A stretch of DNA of 64,000 bases from Vicugna vicugna. Its lineage: Eukaryota. Under the pieces are notes generated by a model that saw only the letters and a list, made by a program, of their open reading frames with translations, made no database searches and was not told the origin of the DNA. Below are positions 14,394 to 64,000 of this stretch, piece after piece. The stretch is from contig MU058475.1 in NCBI GenBank assembly GCA_013265495.1, positions 62,001 to 126,000 on the forward strand. The letters are read 5' to 3'. A program made the position numbers and the translations under genes. Each line of letters starts with the position of its first letter. Position 1 is the stretch's first letter.

Positions 14394-14485
14394 CTGGGCG
14401 GGTGGCTACACCTGCTGCTCTCCGGCTGGGCCCTGGTCGCTGCGGGAGGGAAGCGAGGCTTCTCTGGGCGCTGTCCGCTGTGGTG
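14394..14485 (-). other. ACTA1: ACTA1 non-coding exon 1 (TSS approximate)
   Basis: Starts about 25 nt downstream of the TATA box and ends at donor CCCAG|GTAGGG; resembles the recalled mammalian ACTA1 5'UTR. Confidence 0.85.
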
Positions 14486-14507
14486 GCCGCGGGTCCCCCC
14501 GCTCAGG

Positions 14508-14710
14508 TTTTATATAGCCCGCAGGCGCTCCCCCCGCGCCGCCCCGCAGGAATGTCGCTCCCCTTCTCGAGCCATATTTGGGTGTTGGGCACTAGAGCCC
14601 CCTCCCCGCTGGCCAGTTCGCGGCCTGGGCCCCCGCCCTGGTCCCCTGCGCTGACCAAAGAAGGAGCGGCCTGGCCCCAGCCCAGGTAACGCGGGCCGGG
14701 CCGTATATGG
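14508..14710 (-). promoter_or_regulatory. ACTA1: ACTA1 proximal promoter
   Basis: TATATAAAA 14508-14516; GC boxes; M-CAT CATTCCT 14548-14554; CArG boxes CCAAATATGG 14572-14581, CCTTCTTTGG 14655-14664, CCATATACGG 14701-14710. Confidence 0.92.
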
Positions 14711-15584
14711 AGTGTCTCCCCGGCCGGGCGGCCCCGCCCGACCCGGCCCAGTGGCCCCGCGGCCGGGCTGGCGTGGGGCGAGGGTCACCGCGAGCTGGCG
14801 GTGCGCGTGCGCGCCTGCGCCCCCGGGGCCGCACCTGTCCGCGGCCGCCCCGCCCGCGTCTGCCCCGCGCGCACCCGGCCTCCGGAAGGCGCTCCCACGT
14901 CTCACCCCTTCTCTGAGTCCTTTACTCAGACCCCCAAACCCTCAAGTGCGGCTACAGGGAGAAGGGAAAAGGTCCAAATGGTGGGCCCCAGAGGACAGGA
15001 GGGGCGCTCACGCCCGGCCTCCCGGGCAGGGAAGGGAGGCGACCCCTCCCCTAGCTCCCCAGCGAACCTCATTTCTCCCTCCCAGCCCCGAGCTCCCCGA
15101 ATCCAGAGGGCTGACCCCGCCGGTCCCCCCCCCCCCCCCACGGGAGGGCCGCCGGCGGGGGGGGGGCGCGCCGCTGTCGGGGGGCCGACAACTAGAGCGG
15201 CGGGGAGGAGGCGCGGGGCTCCCGGGGACAGGCCGAGGCGACGGCTCTGGCAGCGCCGGGCACAAAGCCAGACACCCGGAGCTGTCCGCATGGGGACGCA
15301 CAGTGCGCTCGGGGGATCGTGAAGGGCGTGAATTTCGGGGGGTGACCGGCCGGCTCCGGGGCGCGGGGGCCGAGGTGAGCGCCCTAGCCCCCACATCCTT
15401 GGTGGGGCTAAGTGTGCCTCTGCGGGGGCTGCAAGGTAAGGGGCACACCCTAGGACAGGGAGGTGGGGACGGGTGAGGTGCTTTGACTAGATGAAGCCGC
15501 GTTAGTCTTTCCTCCCGACGAAGCGGACAGGACGTCGCACTGTAGGATGGGTAGCATTTTTCCTTCTGCAAGGGCTGAACAGAC

Positions 15585-15750
15585 TCATCTTTATATTTAG
15601 AGGATGATGCCCAGCCAAGGCCAGGCTGCTTCCCAGTCCACCTTGGAGAGTCACCGGCCGCCGGCACCGCTGAAGCGGTTCTATTTATACCGCTGATATA
15701 TGGGCCATGCCTTTCTAATTTTCTAGAAGGGCTGCAACTACTTATGGTAA
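15585..15750. promoter_or_regulatory. Candidate ACTA1 upstream muscle enhancer
   Basis: Consensus MEF2 site TTATATTTAG 15591-15600, near-consensus CTATTTATAC 15681-15690 and CArG-like CTACTTATGG 15738-15747, about 1.1-1.3 kb upstream of the TSS. Confidence 0.55.
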
Positions 15751-16052
15751 GGTGGAGCGGGGGGTCAAAAGAGGTTATCCAGTTGGTGCCTCTTGACTTT
15801 TTTTTTACCCCTCGGGACAGGAAGAGTCCTAACCTTGCTGTGGAAGACACAAGGAGAAAATTTTCTGTGATGAACTCAGTGACATGCTTGAAAGGGGTAC
15901 ATCAGTGATGTGGTGAGAGCCAGAATCGAACCACTCATTTTTCTGATGTGCTTAAGTGTTCCCAAAATAATTCCCATTCACATTTGGTGGGGGGACTCAG
16001 CAACCCGGACAGGTGCGGGTCCTCTGAGGAAGGATATAAAAGTATATGAAAT

Positions 16053-16172
16053 GAGGGGAGGGTACAGCTCAGTGGCAGTGTGCCTAACAGGCACAAGTCC
16101 TGAGTCCAACCCCCGGTCCCTCCACTTAAACAAACAAACCTAACCCCCCCCCCAAAAAAAAACAAAAGAAAA
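16053..16172 (+). mobile_element. tRNA-derived SINE (Vic-1-like), diverged
   Basis: GGGGAGGGTACAGCTCAGTGG head, AAACCTAACCCC motif, A-rich tail. Confidence 0.8.
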
Positions 16173-19100
16173 AAGGATATGGAACCCTCTTCCGAAGAGC
16201 CCACATCAACACCACCCTTCCTAAAATTCATAAGTCAATTACAAAATAAGGAGTTCGGTTAACACAGGGCCTGTGTGGTGAGTGTAAAGCTACTGTGGTT
16301 TCATGCTCAGCGTTTTCAGTTAGAGAATGAGAGAATAACTGACAAGACTACTACATTTCATTTTCAAGGGCTTGTGTCCTGCTGTGTCAGTGGGGAGTGA
16401 GACACTAGGGAAAAATAACCTGGCAAGCGCACAATATGTACAAGGGGAGCAGCCTGCATCTGGGTCTTGAAGGCAGGACACAGGATGCTGTCATTTCCTG
16501 AGCACTTAAGCATTTACTGACATTTTAGAGAATGAGGTTATCAGTGTTTTCCAAAACTCTTGCTCAGGGCCACTCTTCTCTCTCCTACAGCAAGCTTTTC
16601 TAAGCTGAGCCTATTAGATTCAAACATATGTTAAAAACTATGACTAAAACACTTGCAGTCTGGCAGAGACCTGCTGGTACAGGTGGGCCCCGCCTGGGAG
16701 CGCCGGGCTGCTCTCTGCCCTGGTCTGGTTGGTTTAAATAGGCCCTGATGGGTCGCCGGGGGCGCCTCCCAGTCCCTCTCTGGTCCTGTTGAGCTCTCAT
16801 TGGCTTGGGAGCAGACCTCAGGAGCAGGTGGGAAGCCGTGTCCATACATGTACGCCGAGTAAGCGGGCCACTGCCTGCATGGCCTTTTGAGAACTACCAG
16901 AGCAAAGGCCAGCCTTGTACGGTATGCGCGACAGACAGCTCCTGCTTCTAAGTTTTCAGGTGCGGCCTCAGCTCCGGATACTCTCACAGGGCCTTCCTTC
17001 ACCTACAAGCCAGCCATCGGGCTCACACCCACCCCCTCCAGCCTTGCCCCCTCTTGCTTCTCGCATATCTGTGTACCCCAGTCTTGCAGGCTAAGCCTTC
17101 TCTGCCTGTTTAGACGTGAATTTGGAAAACACCTTCTATGCTTTTGTGTTGTTCCCATTAATCCTGTAATGTCTTGGGGTAGATGAGCTAAGTACTATTC
17201 ATTCCAGCTTTAAGAGTAAGAAAACCAAGACTCGATGAGGCAGGCAGCACGTCCCAGGCCCCCCAGCAACTGGGAGACACACAGGGGCTTGGGGGACCCT
17301 TCGTGGCCCTGGGGAGGGGTGAGGACTGCTTTCTATCTCCCTTTAATCTTCCCCAACACTTGGTACGTTCTGGAACATAACAGATCCTCGAAGGATCTTT
17401 TCCAAAAAACGGCCAAAGACATCTTAAATGAAGTCATGACTTCACTCGCCACTGTCACCGTCGTCTCAAAAAGAACAGTGAGGGGGGCTGAGTGGCAACA
17501 GAGTCAGAAACACACCAGTGACCAGGTGGGTAAATGAGAAAACGAAACTCACTTTCCTCACAAGCCACACGTCTGAAAACGTCCAGTGGCACACGGCGGT
17601 CGGGCAGAGGGCTTCGCTCTCCTCCCCCTGGGGCTCACTCAGCTCTGGGCCTCTCTAAGGGCCTAATGATGCCACCAGAGCCGCTCCCTCTCCTCCCGCC
17701 ACCTCCGTACACCCGGTACAATGAACTAGTGACAAGCGTGCGCCTGGGAGGAGAGCGCACCTGGAGCGCCTGCCCCTCCGCCTGGCCACGGGACCCTGGG
17801 CGGCTCACCTCCTGAGACGCCGCCTTCTCCGCTGAGGACACCATGGACGCTGTACGACTGACTCGAAGGCTGAAACTAGGCAGGTGTGTCTTACACACTC
17901 AGTAAGAGGTACAGAAGAAATACAGAGTGTTTGGAGGAGGTGGGAGGGATGAGGGGGTGGGAGAGGTGAGCAAAGGACACGAGAAATCATTAGCCCTGTT
18001 CACTGAGCACCTACCAACGTCATCGCTAACTGAACAGGAAGAGCGATGCAATTTTACACGTGTCTGGAACACACACAGATTTTTGTACAAAGATTTATTC
18101 CAGTATTATTTAAAATGATAAAAAAAACACAACACAACCCAAAAATATTAACCCAAGTGTTTTAAGATTGTTAAGGAGAGAGAGAGGCAGAGAGAAAGAG
18201 AGATAGACAGACACCTGTTAAATAAATGATATAGCCATTTGGGAAGGTGTCATGCAGTCATTAAAATCTTTTATCGTGAAGAATACTGAAGACACGCCTT
18301 CTCTGGGGGAAATTTGGTTCTTTGGGGGTTAAAAAACCCTTAGATATTACGATGATCTGTGGCCTCCAGAGGCTGTGGTAAATCGAGATATGCAGTATTT
18401 ATCTGTGGTATTAAACTTCCATGGTGGCATGAAGGGAGCAGAGTGATTTTTTTTTAAGCTGTCTAGAAAGTCTCCTTAGGAGTGATAATGAAAAAGGTCT
18501 GGAAATAGTGGATTAAAGATACACAGACGTACTCACAATATCTCACATCAAAGTAAGTAGGTTACAAAATGTACCAGTATGCACAGTCTGAAACATTCTA
18601 GGATGTGTTTCAAAATGGTAACTGAAATTATTTCTGGCTAATGGATTACAAGGGTTTATTTTCTTTTATATACTTTTTTAAAAATTAGTTTTCACACTTC
18701 CTACAGTATTTTTAAAATTTTGGAATTACACAAGATTATATATTTAAAAATGTACTTTGGAATTTAACGAGTGGGTTTTATATAGAAATATATAAGGCTG
18801 TTTTCTCTAGAGGCATTCCTTGAGTAAAATGCCCAGGAACAGGGAGGCGGGGCTCCACTAGTATTTCTGTCGTGATCAGCCTCAAAACACGCAAGCGTGC
18901 GGGAAGCGAGGCGGACGGCACCCCGGAGGGGCTCCCCTTCGGCTCAAGCCACCTCGTAGGAGGGCCGTGCCGCACACGAGTTCGCACAGACCGGACGCTT
19001 GGCGGGTGATGCTTTAAGAAACCCGTAACTCAGACCCCAAAGCGAGAAAAGCAGCAAACCCAAGGTTTAAGGTTTTCTTTAAAAACAAAATCTCTGAAAC

Positions 19101-20468
19101 AGAGGGTGCCAGCTGCCCTCTCCTCACCAAGGATTTCAGCAAGCCTCTCGCTGTGTTTCCCAAGTTCTGTCTCAATCCTTGACACTTCTCACAAACTCCT
19201 GAAACACACCAGATCACAAAGCCCGCCCCTCAAGGTCAAAACCACCGCCTTGCTGTTCGATTTAATGACTGACGCGAGCTGGGGCTTCCCAACAGCATTC
19301 AGACAGGAGTGAAGAAAACCTTTTCCACGTCAGTGAAGTTTCTCTTTCCTTAGAAAACATGCTCGCCTTTATAGCACCTTTTTAACACATTATCAACGAC
19401 TCAATTTATATAAAAATCAGCAATTCTTTGATAGACTATGTTGTGGAGCAAAATTTCAAACTTCAGAAGAAAAATATTATTCAAAATCTTAGGCCTTAAT
19501 TTCACAATTACTGTTAAACTACTTTTTGAAAAACCCAACCCTTTCGGTACCATGGCTACCACCTCTGAGGGACAGAGGCAGGACAGAGGGCCTTTTTCTC
19601 CCTCAAAATGAGACAATGCTGTTATGGTGTGAGAGCAGCTGTTTTACATCCACGTGCTCTGTGGCCAGGGTTGTCATGGGACTGGCCTTGGTCGCACCAG
19701 GGGTAACCGCGTTTGTGGCAGCAAGTGACGGTGGCAGGATCCTGTGTCCCCAGAGCGCACTGTCCTCTGCAGGATCTCACAGATGAGACCTGTATGTCTC
19801 TGTAAAACCAAAGCCTCATCTTCTACCAAGAATCCAACAATTTCGTACCCCATCTGACAAGTTCCTCTTCCTAACTTCTCTCAGTGCCCTTCAGTGTATT
19901 CCTAACCGGGACCCTGACGCTGTCCTGACAGCACACGCTGCAGACACGGGAAGACCAGGCTGCCCCTTTCCTTCCTTCGGACAGTGATGCAGACAGCTCC
20001 AAACCTGCTCAGCAGCAGGACGTGAAGCCTGAGGGGAGAAGGCATGATGGCTGTACTTCGTGAAGCCAGGAACCGGACTCTCTTCACCGTATTTAACTTC
20101 TGACCTTTTCAGCTGTCAGAGCAAGCTGTTTAGTGAGCATTCAACTGGGCCAAAGTCTGAACATGCCAGCAACCCCGCCTTTATTTAAAGCCGGATAAAA
20201 ACTGAGGACGACATAGGTCCGGACACAGAAGCATTGAGAACCACTGGTTTTCAATTAAATCAGCTGCTTTATTAAAAAAAAAAACCTACAATGGTTTCTA
20301 GCATTACACACACCTTAGATTAGCTAGACAGACTGTGGCAAGGTGGGAATTCAGTGTCAACCATCTGGAGAATCCATGAAGCTGACTGAGTCCCCACACT
20401 GAACACTGAAAGATTGTAACCTATTGTGTGGTAACTTATAGACAGGTTAGAAAGCCACATTAATATGT

Positions 20469-20474
20469 TTTATT
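20469..20474 (-). terminator. NUP133: Probable NUP133 poly(A) signal AATAAA (others at 20268-20273 and 20180-20185)
   Basis: TTTATT on + strand about 610 nt after the stop, with TGTA upstream on the minus strand. Confidence 0.6.
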
Positions 20475-21082
20475 CACCAAAATACTTTAATATTCGATTA
20501 TTTACATAGAAAAGTTTTGACATTTTCCCCAACAGACTAACCAGTTATCAAGCTCACAGTGAATCAGGCCGCTCTGCCTTTCCATTCCGCAAGTTCGCAA
20601 AATTTGACACTTACCTCACTAGGCATTTCCCACTAGCCCTAACCAGGATACCAAATATTCCATGGACTCTCCGATGCATAATATCCAGAGACGCAGCAAC
20701 TCCACAGACAATTCAGTGCGATCTTGTCATTTTTAGAGTTACAGAAGCTGAAGCCTAGCAGTAAGCTGTACAGATGAGTGGCCAGAGCCAGGACAAGAGC
20801 TCCAGGGCCCCGGACGGAGCGAGATAAAAAAGGAAGGGTAGCAAGTATGCAGACAACTGATAAATTTCAGATGGAAAAAGGGAGAAAAAAAAATCATGTG
20901 ACTGAAAACCAAAACTATCGTCACATAACTATTTTGTAGTAGCTTCCAAATAAAGTGTAAGAAACCCTCAGTAATGCAAGTTATAAAACTGTACAAACTT
21001 CCAGACGTTTCAGGTCTAAAATGTTTTGTAAGGAGACATGCTTATACAAATTTTCGGGAACAATGACCACTTTTAGAAAAAG

Positions 21083-63962
<42,880 letters not shown>

Positions 63963-64000
63963 CTAAAGAAAACAAGCGAGGCACAGGTAAGAAAAACTGT

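Noticed and set aside
14311..15850. ORFs of 130-280 aa over the ACTA1 promoter
   Set aside because: Pro/Gly/Arg/Ala low-complexity translations expected from very GC-rich DNA, open in several frames on both strands
18290..18515. Possible DNA-transposon fragment (similar weak MER5-like candidates at 1-80 and 60290-60400)
   Set aside because: Too degraded to name or delimit with confidence

Overview
Mammalian (eukaryotic) genomic DNA, most likely from a camelid, judged from seven copies of a tRNA-derived Vic-1-like SINE. It holds two minus-strand spliced genes. (1) The complete skeletal-muscle alpha-actin gene ACTA1: non-coding exon 1 at about 14394-14485, six coding exons at 11949-13621 giving 1134 nt / 377 aa, a TATA + M-CAT + three-CArG promoter, and a gene-spanning CpG island. 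(2) Exons 3-26 of nucleoporin NUP133 (21083-63962): 24 GT-AG exons, all phases consistent, 3167 nt coding; exons 1-2 lie beyond the right edge. The rest is intronic or intergenic DNA rich in L1, L2, MIR, MLT1 LTR, MER3/MER20 and SINE copies. Most entries in the ORF track are spurious or are exon fragments. I found no new multi-gene system. The most interesting observations are small-scale: an apparent L1 3'-transduction, an exact 35-bp templated duplication linking two inverted SINE insertions, one NUP133 exon with 38/39 G/C-ending codons among AT-rich neighbours, and SINE-supplied poly(A) signals just after in-frame read-through stops that could yield truncated NUP133 isoforms. Repeat subfamily names, exon numbering and human comparisons come from recall, not from a search.
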